Origin: an uncultured bacterium
Lineage (GTDB): Bacteria; Patescibacteriota; Minisyncoccia; UBA6257; 2-01-FULL-56-20
Assembly (NCBI GenBank): GCA_963718575.1
Contig: OY970358.1
Span: 578,172 to 642,171, forward strand
Direction of reading: 5' to 3'
DNA length: 64,000 nt
Shown here: piece after piece, positions 8,960-18,853 of the stretch
How positions within the stretch are numbered: the stretch's first letter is position 1
Layout: every line of letters begins with the position of its first letter
Made by a program: the position numbers and the translations under genes
The notes under the pieces: model-generated
What the model saw: only the letters and a program-made list of their open reading frames with translations
Databases searched by the model: none
What the model was told of the DNA's origin: nothing

Positions 8960-9895
8960 TTAAAAAGACTTCATGCTGTACTCGATCTGGCCGAGCGTCT
9001 GTGCTGTTTGCCAATTATTAAAATCATCCCGCCAATAATATGTGTTGCCTTTGGCGTCCGTGAAGGGGGCAACGAGATCGTATCCGGCGATTGGAGGATT
9101 GTAGGTACCGCTCTCGGAGTATTCGCCCGTGCCATGAAAATCGGTCTCTCCAAGCGTGTCGCTCGCATTAAAATGGGCGGTGGCTACTCCGATAGCGCCC
9201 GCTTCCTCTGCAGATGGATATGATTGATTGATGAATAACGTTACTGATCCTCCGTTCGTGCCCAATCCTTTGAACGTTATACTTTCCGAGCTTGCATTCG
9301 ACGAACTCTGAATGGACAGAGAAAAAGTAAAAGGATAGGTAACACTGAATCTATAGCTTTGATTAGTATATGTTTGCATCGGCGTCGCGACTGGATATGT
9401 TACGCTTGGCCCGGCAGGGGCGTTTTCTTCGTTCTGAAGATGCTCAAGGTATTGCGGGCTGACCTGCCAAGAGAGTGGAATTATTGGCAATGCCAAACAT
9501 CCGGCATTGCCCGGATTTCGATCGTAAATACACGCTCCGGGCGGAATGAGCCATACCGCCAAAAGAAATGGAAAGATTATATTTACGACTCCAAGGCATA
9601 GTGGAAATATATAAGGCGCTTTCGATGCCCCAAGTGGTTTTATGGTCGAGAGCGCCTTTATGGCAAAAACGATTGCAATAATACCGAGCGGTATGGCTAT
9701 AAGAAAAGAAAATACCGGAGCTCCGAGTTCGAATACCGCCGCAAATCCCAACGCACCGAAACCGCCAGTGCCCGTGATCAAAACAGAGAAAAAGAGCCAG
9801 GCGATAATAAAAAGCCCTGGGGCGATGAGGCCGAAAACGAGCGAAATTATGCCGAACGTCCGTGCTTTGGATAAGGCGACGTCCATATAGTCCAA
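8960..9895 (-). CDS. Multi-pass membrane protein with a large C-terminal extracytoplasmic domain.
   Basis: ORF track. Several hydrophobic segments followed by a Ser/Thr/Gly-rich domain. Confidence 0.45.
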   Translation of the reverse strand: MDYMDVALSKARTFGIISLVFGLIAPGLFIIAWLFFSVLITGTGGFGALGFAAVFELGAPVFSFLIAIPLGIIAIVFAIKALSTIKPLGASKAPYIFPLCLGVVNIIFPFLLAVWLIPPGACIYDRNPGNAGCLALPIIPLSWQVSPQYLEHLQNEENAPAGPSVTYPVATPMQTYTNQSYRFSVTYPFTFSLSIQSSSNASSESITFKGLGTNGGSVTLFINQSYPSAEEAGAIGVATAHFNASDTLGETDFHGTGEYSESGTYNPPIAGYDLVAPFTDAKGNTYYWRDDFNNWQTAQTLGQIEYSMKSF

Positions 9896-9961
9896 TTATA
9901 TCATAATAATATGATATAATTCTTAAAAGGTCCGGCATCCAACTAATCTCGTTATAAAAAT

Positions 9962-10120
9962 ATGGTAAGAGGAAACTTTATCGGCGCGGCGATCGTTGCG
10001 ATCATCTATACGGTCTATATCTTAGTGAAGCCGTTGGAAAGTCGCACACACGAGGCGATAGTCTTGGTGGTGCTTAATGCATTGACCATCGTGTTGTTGA
10101 GCTTTGCGTTCAAACAGTAA
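9962..10120 (+). CDS. Small membrane protein of 52 aa.
   Basis: Read directly: MVRGNFIGAAIVAIIYTVYILVKPLESRTHEAIVLVVLNALTIVLLSFAFKQ. Below the ORF-track length cutoff. Confidence 0.3.
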   Translation: MVRGNFIGAAIVAIIYTVYILVKPLESRTHEAIVLVVLNALTIVLLSFAFKQ

Positions 10121-10201
10121 AGGAGTTGTAATTTTCACTTGGGGAGGCTACTATCTTTTTAGATATTTCGGTCAGTATTTCAAAACGAAAGGGGAGCGAG
10201 C

Positions 10202-10681
10202 ATGGTATTGATGGACGGATTGCAGGAACCGGTGAACATCACTACGATCGACGACGCAACAAAAGAAGCGGTGAGCACCTTGATTGCGCAAGGATATCCC
10301 GGCGCCGAGCGATATGTCGAGAGACGTTTCTACTCTCGTTCATTCAGGAGGGGTGGCCGCCCGGTCTTTTTCCTGGGGCGAAGCCAGGAGGGGAAGGTGG
10401 CAGCCATCGGATGCATGGAGATCTATGAGCACAATAATGTCTCGACCGCCTTCATCCGTGAAGTGGTGGTTGACGGAGCGATCCGCACCGCCGAGATGGA
10501 GCGTTCCATCTTTAACCGTCTCGTTTCATGGGCAGCTTTTCTATTCCGGGTCGATGTCATCAAGGTGGATGATCGGGCGTGCCTTGTTTCGAAAGAAGTT
10601 TTTTTACAGGCGATGTTCCATCACTATGAGGGCTCTCATCTCTGGCGGCGTTCGAACCTGCCGAGCGGGGACCATCAGTAG
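10202..10681 (+). CDS. Hypothetical protein, possibly acyltransferase-like.
   Basis: ORF track. No clear motif. Confidence 0.3.
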   Translation: MVLMDGLQEPVNITTIDDATKEAVSTLIAQGYPGAERYVERRFYSRSFRRGGRPVFFLGRSQEGKVAAIGCMEIYEHNNVSTAFIREVVVDGAIRTAEMERSIFNRLVSWAAFLFRVDVIKVDDRACLVSKEVFLQAMFHHYEGSHLWRRSNLPSGDHQ

Positions 10682-10771
10682 TTGGGCGTCTGCGTGTGCG
10701 TCATTGAATCGCCGAGGTAATTTCTCGGCGATTTTTATCATGCCATTCTTTAAAAGTGGTACTATTATTTA

Positions 10772-11476
10772 ATGAAAACAGTGTTGATTACCGGCATCGG
10801 CAGGGGAATCGGAAAAAGCCTTGCGGAGAAATTTTTGCGTGAAGGATATGCGGTGATTGGCACGACGTTCACGAGCGCGCCGGCCGTCGGCATAAGCGCC
10901 TCGACCGCGGACGCGAGCGATGCCGCCGCGCCGAATCTCGCGGTCTATTCACTGGATCTATCCTCCGATGAAAGTATCGCGCAATGCGCCGCCGCAATTG
11001 CGGCTGCAGGCAAAAAAATAGATATTCACATCAATAACGCGGGCGCGTTGGTGGACGAGAATGAAACGAGCGTCGTCATCGAAACGTTGCGCAAGACGCT
11101 TCAAATAAATTTAGTTGGCACGATCGACTTCACCGAGCGGATGCTGTCACTGGTAAATGCCGGCGGGCATATCGTAAATATTTCATCGTCCGCGGCGTCG
11201 CTCGCCGAAGTGGAATACGAAAGCCATGAGCCGGGCCATTATCCGAGCTACAAGATCTCCAAGACCGCGCTCAATATGTATACGCGGACGCTCGCGATGC
11301 GGCTCAAGGGGAATATCACCGTGTCGTCGGTACATCCCGGGTGGACGAAGACGGATATGGGTGGCGCCAAAGCTGACTTCACGCCGGATGAAGCGGCGGC
11401 GCACATCTTCGACCTCGCGGTATCTACGCCGGAGACCGGGCAGTTCTGGTTCAACGGAAAGAAAATCCCCTGGTAG
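10772..11476 (+). CDS. Short-chain dehydrogenase/reductase (SDR) family oxidoreductase.
   Basis: TGIGRGIGK (TGxxxGxG), NNAG and YxxxK (YKISK) motifs. Confidence 0.8.
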   Translation: MKTVLITGIGRGIGKSLAEKFLREGYAVIGTTFTSAPAVGISASTADASDAAAPNLAVYSLDLSSDESIAQCAAAIAAAGKKIDIHINNAGALVDENETSVVIETLRKTLQINLVGTIDFTERMLSLVNAGGHIVNISSSAASLAEVEYESHEPGHYPSYKISKTALNMYTRTLAMRLKGNITVSSVHPGWTKTDMGGAKADFTPDEAAAHIFDLAVSTPETGQFWFNGKKIPW

Positions 11477-11496
11477 GTTAATCGAATATAAAAACG

Positions 11497-11527
11497 GACC
11501 AGAGAGCGGAATGCTCTCTGGTCCGGG
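11497..11527. terminator. 12-bp stem hairpin between convergent genes.
   Basis: GGACCAGAGAGC ggaat GCTCTCTGGTCC. T-tract on the minus strand. Confidence 0.45.
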
Positions 11528-11549
11528 ATAGCGGGCGTATGTGTTGTTA

Positions 11550-11885
11550 TTAGTTAACCCATGCTGGTTGGCATGAGACCAGCGCTTTTACACCCTCCTC
11601 TTCTGCAGCTTTGAGCGCCTTTTCGAGATAGTCTTGAACGGCACCCGGAGGACGGACGGGTTCCCCGGATCTTGGATCGGTAAGCTCGCTTAACTCTTTC
11701 AATGCGTCAATCCCTGATTTCTTTGCGACGCCAATTGCAGCCATAAACAGGTTGTGCCACCTGAGTCTTGCTTTGGCGCTTTCGGCGGAGTTCTCCGGCG
11801 CGCGGTTGTATTCCCGGCGCGCCTGGATCAATTCATCAGGGGTTATTTCCAGAGATGAGTGGGCGATCACTCGCTGAATCGACAT
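11550..11885 (-). CDS. Hypothetical protein.
   Basis: ORF track. Confidence 0.35.
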   Translation of the reverse strand: MSIQRVIAHSSLEITPDELIQARREYNRAPENSAESAKARLRWHNLFMAAIGVAKKSGIDALKELSELTDPRSGEPVRPPGAVQDYLEKALKAAEEEGVKALVSCQPAWVN

Positions 11886-11965
11886 TCCTCTTACGCTCCT
11901 TATATTTCAATTTACTACTGCAACCACAAGAGATAACTATATTGCCTTCGCTACGGCTCGTCAAC

Positions 11966-13243
11966 CTATAGCGTCACAAACATTGCGATCGCCGCGGCGG
12001 CCATCAACGCGAATGTTGCCCAGACGAAAACGTTCGAAAGCCAGCCGCTCTTGTACTCGCCCATGATCTTTTTGTTGGCGGCCATGCGGGCGATGATGAA
12101 GATGAGCGGCACGGCCGCGACGCCGTTGAAGACCGCGGTGAAGACGAGTGCCTTGATCGGATTGATGCCGATAAAGTTGATCATCAATCCGACGATCGTT
12201 GCGATCGTGATGATGCCGTAAAATCCGTGCGCACGTTTTAACTTTAAGTTAAGGCCTTCGCGCCAGTTGAGCGTTTCGGTGAGTGCGTATGAAGCGCTCG
12301 CGGAAAGCACGGGCACGGCGAGCAGGCCAAGCCCGATGATGCCAATCGCAAAGAGCCACTTGGCGACGAGGCCTGCGTCGGGGAAGCTGTGCACGAGCGG
12401 TTCGAGCGCGCGCGCCGCGTCCGCGGCGGTGCCGATGTTCGTGACGCCGTGCGTGTTCAATACGGTCGCCGCGACCACGATGATGCACCATGTCGCGACT
12501 TCCGACGACAGCATGCCAAGGAAATTGTCCCAGCGCAGGCGTCGCATAAACGATCTCGTCGGTTTTGCCGCGCCGTCCTTTATCAAGCGTTGTTCTTTTT
12601 CTTCCTCGACCTCTTCCGAGGCTTCCCAGAAAAACATATAGGGCGAGATCGTGGTGCCGAGTACGCCCGTGATAATAAAGAGGAATGCGAACGAGAACTC
12701 GATGTGCGGCAGGAACGTCGCGCGCAGGATCGTCATCCATGGCTCGCTGATCAAGAACACTGTGAGCGGATATGAGATGAGCACGAGCGCGAGCCACTTC
12801 AAGATCTTTGCATAATTTTTATATGAGACGAAAACTTCGAGCAATAAGATGACCGCGGTGAAGAAGAGCGTGAGCAGGGTGAAGTTGATCGGGATGATGA
12901 GCTGGGCCGCCGCGCCCATCGCGCCAAGATCCGCACCGATGTTGATCGTATTGGCGATAAGGATGAGTGCGAGCAGTCCGTATAAGATTTTACGGTCGTA
13001 ATTCTCTTTGACGACTGCCGCAATGCCTTTGCCCGTCACCGCGCCGATACGCGCGCAAGCTTCCTGGATTGCCACCATAAAAGGGAGCAGGAAGAGCGCC
13101 GTCCACAACTGGCCGTAGCCGAACTGTGCGCCGGTTTGGCTGTATGTGGCAATGCCCGACGGATCGTCATCCGCCGCGCCGGTGATCAGCCCGGGTCCCA
13201 CGAGCTTGAGCAGCTTCTTCGTCTTTCGACCGAATTTTGCCAT
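11966..13243 (-). CDS. mntH: NRAMP-family divalent metal (Mn2+/Fe2+) transporter.
   Basis: GPGLITGAADDDPSGIATYSQTGAQFGY signature. About 11 transmembrane segments. Confidence 0.85.
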   Translation of the reverse strand: MAKFGRKTKKLLKLVGPGLITGAADDDPSGIATYSQTGAQFGYGQLWTALFLLPFMVAIQEACARIGAVTGKGIAAVVKENYDRKILYGLLALILIANTINIGADLGAMGAAAQLIIPINFTLLTLFFTAVILLLEVFVSYKNYAKILKWLALVLISYPLTVFLISEPWMTILRATFLPHIEFSFAFLFIITGVLGTTISPYMFFWEASEEVEEEKEQRLIKDGAAKPTRSFMRRLRWDNFLGMLSSEVATWCIIVVAATVLNTHGVTNIGTAADAARALEPLVHSFPDAGLVAKWLFAIGIIGLGLLAVPVLSASASYALTETLNWREGLNLKLKRAHGFYGIITIATIVGLMINFIGINPIKALVFTAVFNGVAAVPLIFIIARMAANKKIMGEYKSGWLSNVFVWATFALMAAAAIAMFVTL

Positions 13244-13271
13244 AGATTCATCTTAGACGAATTGCCGAAAT

Positions 13272-13303
13272 AAAAAAGGACCGCCACGAAGGAGGTCCTT
13301 TTG
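13272..13303 (-). terminator. Rho-independent terminator.
   Basis: GGACC...GGTCC stem with a minus-strand T-tract, downstream of 13336-13638. Confidence 0.45.
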
Positions 13304-13335
13304 AAGTAATCAATAGCGGCTGTTTCGCCGCCCGG

Positions 13336-13638
13336 TCATTCGAGCAGGGGCCTGTGAAGCATGGCTCTCACGACGACGATTCCCAGCAAAGCGACCATGA
13401 TCGTCGCTGTCACTATCGAGATGAGTATCTCTTTTTGATAGCCCCAATTTGGGAAATTGTTGTGATAGACGACGAGGCACGCCAGGAGCGTTATAAGCCA
13501 CCCGACGACAAGAAGCAACCTGTACGCGAATAAGCGACCAAAGAGCTCTTTCACCGCGTTTCCCTCCCGGAGAGGATAATAACCTATAAATATCGCCTTT
13601 TCAAATCCTCTTTTCGCGGCTTTTGTGCCACTTGACAA
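13336..13638 (-). CDS. Small membrane protein.
   Basis: ORF track. Two hydrophobic helices. Confidence 0.35.
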   Translation of the reverse strand: MSSGTKAAKRGFEKAIFIGYYPLREGNAVKELFGRLFAYRLLLVVGWLITLLACLVVYHNNFPNWGYQKEILISIVTATIMVALLGIVVVRAMLHRPLLE

Positions 13639-13716
13639 ATTTTAAGAAGTGGAGTATTATTATCAGGCAATAAAGAAACGTCGTCGAACTTCTAGAAAAG
13701 CAAAAATACTAATTAC

Positions 13717-13917
13717 ATGATGCAAGGAACTATCAAGACCCTTACGGACCGTGGATTCGGTTTTATCGCGCGCGATGGCGAAGCGAAAGACCTTTTCTTC
13801 CACTCCAAGGAGTTGAATGGTGTCGCATTTGATGATCTTAAGGTTGGCGATGTCGTCACTTTCGAGGTTATCGAAGGCGAAAAGGGCCCGGCCGCGACGA
13901 ACGTCAGCCGCGTCTAG
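13717..13917 (+). CDS. cspA: Cold-shock protein (CspA family).
   Basis: GTIKTLTDRGFGFI...DLFFH: the RNP motifs of the cold-shock domain. Confidence 0.85.
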   Translation: MMQGTIKTLTDRGFGFIARDGEAKDLFFHSKELNGVAFDDLKVGDVVTFEVIEGEKGPAATNVSRV

Positions 13918-13934
13918 TCTCACCAAAACAAAAA

Positions 13935-13965
13935 CCGCCGCTTCACCGCGGCGGTTTTTGTTTTG
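13935..13965. terminator. Bidirectional rho-independent terminator.
   Basis: CCGCCGC ttcacc GCGGCGG flanked by an A-tract and a T-tract, between convergent genes. Confidence 0.65.
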
Positions 13966-14029
13966 CCCTGGCGCCGTGCGGCGCGATAAAGAAATCGCCC
14001 CGGCCGAAGTGCGGCAGGGGCGATGGGTT

Positions 14030-14485
14030 TCAGAACATCGATAGGTTTGAGTGCGCGGGATGGAAATCTTCCAGGACGTTCATTTTGAGCGGACCGGCGC
14101 AGGCATTGAATGTTATTGCAAAGCTCAACGCCTGCACGCGGTGTTCGGTTCCGGCGGGGACGTCGAACGCGGTCCATCTTTTATGCCAGATGAACGCGTA
14201 TTTTTTGACGACTCGGCGTATTTCGAGCATTCCATTGCCTACCGCCCAAAGAATATAGGTCTTTTCGTCGACATTGTGGTCATGAGCCTTGCTCATTGCG
14301 CCTTTCAGCCAAAAGAACAGGCTGTATTCCCGTTTCCTCCGCCAGAGGAGGATTTTGAGATACCCTTTTCCAAAGATTAATTTCACGCGAACCTCCTTCC
14401 ATGAGGGGATATCTTGCTCCCACCACCATAAATCTGCGCCGCATAAAATGCAACCAGCGTGATACAATAGATTTATGCCAACCAT
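14030..14485 (-). CDS. Cupin-domain protein.
   Basis: HDHNVDEKTYILWAVGNG and VPAGTEHRVQA fit the two cupin motifs. Start assigned to MVGINLL to avoid overlap with the divergent gene. Confidence 0.45.
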   Translation of the reverse strand: MVGINLLYHAGCILCGADLWWWEQDIPSWKEVRVKLIFGKGYLKILLWRRKREYSLFFWLKGAMSKAHDHNVDEKTYILWAVGNGMLEIRRVVKKYAFIWHKRWTAFDVPAGTEHRVQALSFAITFNACAGPLKMNVLEDFHPAHSNLSMF

Positions 14486-15497
14486 GCGTCCCGGATCGCA
14501 ATTTTTCATCGGCGTGCTCATTCTGACGGCGCTGCTTGTAGCGCTCATTTTTCTGCCCGAGCTGAATGTGATCGTGCTCGGCGTCAGCCTCGGCGTACTC
14601 TTTCAGCCGTGGTACGGCACGCTTCGGAAATGGTTCGGCGGGAAGGACGGCCTGGCGGCGGCGCTGATCGTTCTCGTTGCCATCGCGCTCATCCTTATCC
14701 CGCTCGCGTTCTTCGGCTTTCAGATATTTCTGGAGGCGCAGGGATTGTACGGCTACCTTGCATCCGGCAGCGGCATTCCGCTCATCAATTGGTTCCACGC
14801 GGAGCTCTTGCGATTCCTCCCGTCGCTCAATATCAACGTTGGTCTCTATCTCCAGCAGATATTGGGCATCGTGATCAGCAACCTCGGCCCGATATTTTCC
14901 GGCGTGCTCGGCATCTTTGCGACATTCTTTCTCTCGTTCTTCGCGCTCTATTATTTCCTAAAGGACGGCCCCGCGCTTGCCGCGGCAGCCAAGCGATGGA
15001 GCCCGTTGCCGGAAAAGCATACGACGGAGATATTTGAAAAACTCCATTCGATGGCGAGCTCCGTCATCCGCGGGTCGCTTCTTGTGTCGGTGCTCTACGG
15101 CATCCTCGTCGGGATAGGATTTTTTATCTTCGGATTGCCGAGCGCGATACTCTGGGGCGCGGTGACGGTGGTCGCGGCGTTCATCCCGGTGTTCGGCGTT
15201 TTCCTCATCGTGGTGCCGGGGATCGTTTCGCTCGCGATCGGCGGCCACGCGCTTGCGGCGATCGGCCTTGCCGCGTGGACTATTGTGTTCGCCGCGTTCG
15301 TGGAAAATATGCTGCGCCCGTGGCTCCTCGGCCACAAGGCAAAGATCCATCCGATGCTGATGCTCTTTGCCGTGCTTGGCGGATTATCATTCTTCGGTCC
15401 GATCGGGATTTTGCTCGGGCCGCTTGCGCTCAGCTTATTGCTTACCCTGCTTGCGATCTATCCCTTGTTCGCCTTGGAAAGCTTGAACAGAAAGTGA
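14475..15497 (+). CDS. AI-2E family transporter (PerM / YdiK / TqsA-like).
   Basis: Eight-helix topology and overall similarity to UPF0118. TACAAT lies 6 nt upstream of the ATG, so the transcript may be leaderless. Confidence 0.65.
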   Translation: MPTMRPGSQFFIGVLILTALLVALIFLPELNVIVLGVSLGVLFQPWYGTLRKWFGGKDGLAAALIVLVAIALILIPLAFFGFQIFLEAQGLYGYLASGSGIPLINWFHAELLRFLPSLNINVGLYLQQILGIVISNLGPIFSGVLGIFATFFLSFFALYYFLKDGPALAAAAKRWSPLPEKHTTEIFEKLHSMASSVIRGSLLVSVLYGILVGIGFFIFGLPSAILWGAVTVVAAFIPVFGVFLIVVPGIVSLAIGGHALAAIGLAAWTIVFAAFVENMLRPWLLGHKAKIHPMLMLFAVLGGLSFFGPIGILLGPLALSLLLTLLAIYPLFALESLNRK

Positions 15498-15976
15498 GAG
15501 AGGATTCCTGCAACAAGCAGGATGAGGATGATGATGTCGGGGTTCGAAACGAAGGCCGACAAGCCGAGTACGGTGCCCCAAAGGAAAAGGAGCCATATGA
15601 AGTTGCCCGCAAGTGTCAATAAAAATGTCATATTGAACGGCAGGCCGATCCATGCGCCAATGAACGCGTTTATATATGGGAAGTCGATGATGCCGAGCAG
15701 GGCGAGCGATAGTTTTTCACCGTGCGTCCCGAGCGTGCGTTTGCCTTTGTTGATATATTTTTCCACCCAGTGGAAGAAGCGCGTATCGTCGAATTTTTCC
15801 TTCGTGAACTTTCCGAGCATATAGCCGACGTACATGTCGAGCGACGTCGTGCAGATCCAGATCAGGTTGATCGCCCAGATCGGGAAATTATTTTGCAGCG
15901 CGATCACGAAGACGATCGCGCTCGAGGCGAACTCCTGGGGGATCAACACACCGGCGACGAGCAGCCACATGGACAT
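15458..15976 (-). CDS. DedA / VTT-family membrane protein.
   Basis: LGIIDFPYINAFIGAWIGLPF... pattern. Start assigned at MSMWLL. The upstream portion of the ORF-track ORF is the antisense of the neighbouring gene. Confidence 0.45.
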   Translation of the reverse strand: MSMWLLVAGVLIPQEFASSAIVFVIALQNNFPIWAINLIWICTTSLDMYVGYMLGKFTKEKFDDTRFFHWVEKYINKGKRTLGTHGEKLSLALLGIIDFPYINAFIGAWIGLPFNMTFLLTLAGNFIWLLFLWGTVLGLSAFVSNPDIIILILLVAGILSHFLFKLSKANKG

Positions 15977-16042
15977 GCCCTTATTGTAACAATGTTTTTG
16001 CCGTTTTGGCGCGCGCCGCGCGCGGTGTATAATGATGTCCAT

Positions 16043-16777
16043 ATGGCAAAGTTCAAGAACACCGCAGACTCGGCGCCGGGCATCCAGCCGGGCGAGACGA
16101 TCGAGGTGAAGGGCGTGACGTATATGCGGTATCCGATCAAAGTGCCGCGGCTGATCGCGTTCGGCGAGGGCCTGCCGGAGGCGGTAAATGAATTTGTAAA
16201 GCCGCATTATAAAGAGGGGGATTGGGTGGCGGTTTCGGAGAAGATCGTGTCGATCTCGCAGAATTTGGTGCGACATATCTCGACGGTAAAGGTGGGGCGG
16301 CTTGCGCAGTTCATCACGCTCGGCGTCAAGAAGCACAAGAATATGACCGCGTGGTCGCGGCCGGAAAAGATGCAGGTGGCGATCGAGATCGTGGGCGCGC
16401 CGCGGATGATCCTCGCCGCGGGTGTCGGTGCCGTCGGCAAATTGATCGGCAAGCGCGGCTGGTTCTGGATCGTCGCCGGGCACCGCGTGTCGGAGATCGA
16501 CGGCTTCATCCCGGAGGATATGTATCCGTACACCGAGTGGGGCGTCTTGCCGCCGCCGGATCCGCAGGGTGATTGCGACCGCGTCGAGCGCGAGACGGGG
16601 ATCCCGACGGTGACCGCCGACGCGAACTACATCGACGTGCAGGTGCTTGGCGTGAGCGCCGGCGTGGGACTCGATAAAAAAACCGTGCGTGAGATCCTGC
16701 TCGACAATCCGCTGGGGCAGGGGAATAAGATGACACCGTTCGTGATCGTGCGCCGTGTTGGCGCGCCGGCGGCTTAA
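16043..16777 (+). CDS. CofE-like (F420-0:gamma-glutamyl ligase family) protein.
   Basis: KEGDWVAVSEKIVSISQNLVRHI resembles the CofE core. TATAAT lies 9 nt upstream of the ATG. Confidence 0.4.
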   Translation: MAKFKNTADSAPGIQPGETIEVKGVTYMRYPIKVPRLIAFGEGLPEAVNEFVKPHYKEGDWVAVSEKIVSISQNLVRHISTVKVGRLAQFITLGVKKHKNMTAWSRPEKMQVAIEIVGAPRMILAAGVGAVGKLIGKRGWFWIVAGHRVSEIDGFIPEDMYPYTEWGVLPPPDPQGDCDRVERETGIPTVTADANYIDVQVLGVSAGVGLDKKTVREILLDNPLGQGNKMTPFVIVRRVGAPAA

Positions 16778-16802
16778 TCAATATTTAATATTTACAAAAA
16801 CG

Positions 16803-17606
16803 ATGAGCTTTCGAAGCACGATAAAAAAGCATGTCGCACTGCCATGGCCGTTGCTCTATATATATCGCAAGGTTTATTACGCGCGAAAGGATATTCCCGC
16901 CGCGCTTGGATTTGTTTTTCATGGCACGAAGTCGCCGACGACGTTCGGTGAGCGCCTCGCGCTCGTCGGAAAATTTTATAAGATCTCATACTATGTTGAT
17001 TGTCCGCACACCGAGCATGAGATGATCGTTATCACGCGGCAGATCTTGAATTTAGGCGCGGCCGACGGTGCCCCGAGCGCGGTGCCGGGCGTGATCGTCG
17101 AGGCCGGCTCATTCCACGGCGGGAGCACGGCAAAATTTTCACTCGTCGCAAGGTTGTGCGATCGGCAATTCCACGTGTTCGATTCGTTTGCCGGCATGCC
17201 GGAGAATGCCGAGGAACACGGCAAGAGCATCTACGGCCGCGAGCACCATTTCCCGAAAGGCAGCCATGCTGTGCCGTTTGAGGAGGTGAAAGGCAATGTC
17301 GCGCGCTACGGCGATGCATCGCGCGTGCACTATCACAAAGGATTTTTCAGCGACACCATGCCCGATTTCCACGAGCCGGTTGCCGCCGCGTGCGTGAACG
17401 TCGACCTCGTGCAATCCACGCGCGACTGCTATCACAATCTTTATCCATTGCTCTCGCCGGGCGGCATCATCATCTCGCAGGATGCGCATTTTCCGTGGAT
17501 CATTGACCTATTTGAAAGCGACGCGTTTTGGGAAAAAGAGCTTGGTATAAAAAAACCCGCGATGCCGGGGCTTGGCGTGTTGAAATTTGTGACGGTGAGG
17601 AAATAA
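16803..17606 (+). CDS. Class I SAM-dependent O-methyltransferase, TylF/MycF-like.
   Basis: VEAGSFHGGST...FDSFAG motif region. Start assigned to MSFRST. Confidence 0.5.
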   Translation: MSFRSTIKKHVALPWPLLYIYRKVYYARKDIPAALGFVFHGTKSPTTFGERLALVGKFYKISYYVDCPHTEHEMIVITRQILNLGAADGAPSAVPGVIVEAGSFHGGSTAKFSLVARLCDRQFHVFDSFAGMPENAEEHGKSIYGREHHFPKGSHAVPFEEVKGNVARYGDASRVHYHKGFFSDTMPDFHEPVAAACVNVDLVQSTRDCYHNLYPLLSPGGIIISQDAHFPWIIDLFESDAFWEKELGIKKPAMPGLGVLKFVTVRK

Positions 17607-17608
17607 GA

Positions 17609-17636
17609 AAAATCCCGCCAGAACGGGATTTTTCTT
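17609..17636 (+). terminator. Rho-independent terminator.
   Basis: ATCCCG ccagaa CGGGAT followed by TTTTC. Confidence 0.5.
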
Positions 17637-17707
17637 GACACACATAGCCCTTTGGTGAATAGTATGGGAAGCACGGAATCATTTCCGATACAACAGGAGA
17701 GATCATC

Positions 17708-18730
17708 ATGACCAAGGCAGAAGTGCGACAAATGACTAATAGAAAGCGTGCGCTCCTTAAACGCATGCAAACCCGGTATGCCCCAATCAGAAGAATGAGG
17801 ATACCGTCATGGGTCGCCTCAGCTCCCTGGTTCAAGGAATCCGGGCTTATAAAGATCCTTGAGGTGTATGCATTACTTGCATTCATGTTTGAGGGTTTTA
17901 GCGGAAAGATTGCTGCTGCTTTCAAAATTCTTTTGGAAGAGGAAGCGGCAGGACATCTTGCTAGCAAGCCAATTGTTGTGGCGGCAACTTCGGGTAATTT
18001 CGGTTTTGCGATGGCGATGCTTCTTGTTTCTCTTCGGAAAGTTTTTGATGTCGGCGGTTTTATCGCCGTCGTCGAATCGACTACTTCCCCTGGAAAACTT
18101 GCACATCTTCGCCGTTCCGGAGCGCTCGTTGTGATTGCTGATGGAATGACTGCAATTCAACGCGCCGATCAGTTTAAAAGCAGGGTCGGATACCTCGTTA
18201 TCAACCAGTACACGCACATGGGTAATGTGCGTGGTCAGGAATGGGCTGCCAACAAGATCTATCGCTTTTTCAAAGACAGACTTTCTGTTTTTGTGGCGGC
18301 GGTAGGTTCGACTGCTTCGATCGTTGGCGCAAAGCTGTATCTCGAAAAACTGATCCCCGGGATCAAGTTCGTCGGGGTTGGCTCTAGCTCCAAAAAGGAT
18401 AAGGTTCCTGGCAGTCGCCCCGAAGAAGATCTTGGCGTCACCGGGTTTGGCTACGAAGAAGCACTTGCTTACTACAAACTCGTGACGAGCGTTTCCAAAA
18501 AAGAAGCGTTCGAGGCGAGCCAAGAGTTGATTAGCAATGGCATCTCTGCGGGTCCGACATCGGGCCTCACGATTGCCGGCTTCTTCAAATTGTTAGAACA
18601 GGAATACCGGGCCGGTCGTCTTAACGCCATGAAGAACAAGTATGGCAAGATCGTTGTTTGCTGTCTTTTTATGGACATGTTCCTTCCTTATGTAGAAGAA
18701 TATGACGCGGTTCTGGGAGTCGCCTCATAG
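17708..18730 (+). CDS. PLP-dependent enzyme of the cysteine synthase / Trp-synthase-beta fold (fold type II).
   Basis: ATSGNFGFA (SGN[TF]G), QY..N and AVGSTASIVG (G-rich loop). Candidate PLP lysine in FSGKIAA. Confidence 0.5.
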   Translation: MTKAEVRQMTNRKRALLKRMQTRYAPIRRMRIPSWVASAPWFKESGLIKILEVYALLAFMFEGFSGKIAAAFKILLEEEAAGHLASKPIVVAATSGNFGFAMAMLLVSLRKVFDVGGFIAVVESTTSPGKLAHLRRSGALVVIADGMTAIQRADQFKSRVGYLVINQYTHMGNVRGQEWAANKIYRFFKDRLSVFVAAVGSTASIVGAKLYLEKLIPGIKFVGVGSSSKKDKVPGSRPEEDLGVTGFGYEEALAYYKLVTSVSKKEAFEASQELISNGISAGPTSGLTIAGFFKLLEQEYRAGRLNAMKNKYGKIVVCCLFMDMFLPYVEEYDAVLGVAS

Positions 18731-18853
18731 GTTTCTTCTCATATGTTTACTAAGCCGGCTGCGCACAACCATGCGCCGCCGGCTTTTCTTTTATATATCA
18801 AAGCCATCCTCTCGGTTAGCTTTTCTATTGAAAACAGGTAAAATATATAGACT

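Noticed and set aside
12249-12797. ORFs antisense or out of frame within mntH (12249-12797 on both strands).
   Set aside because: They overlap the NRAMP transporter. Arg-rich translations.
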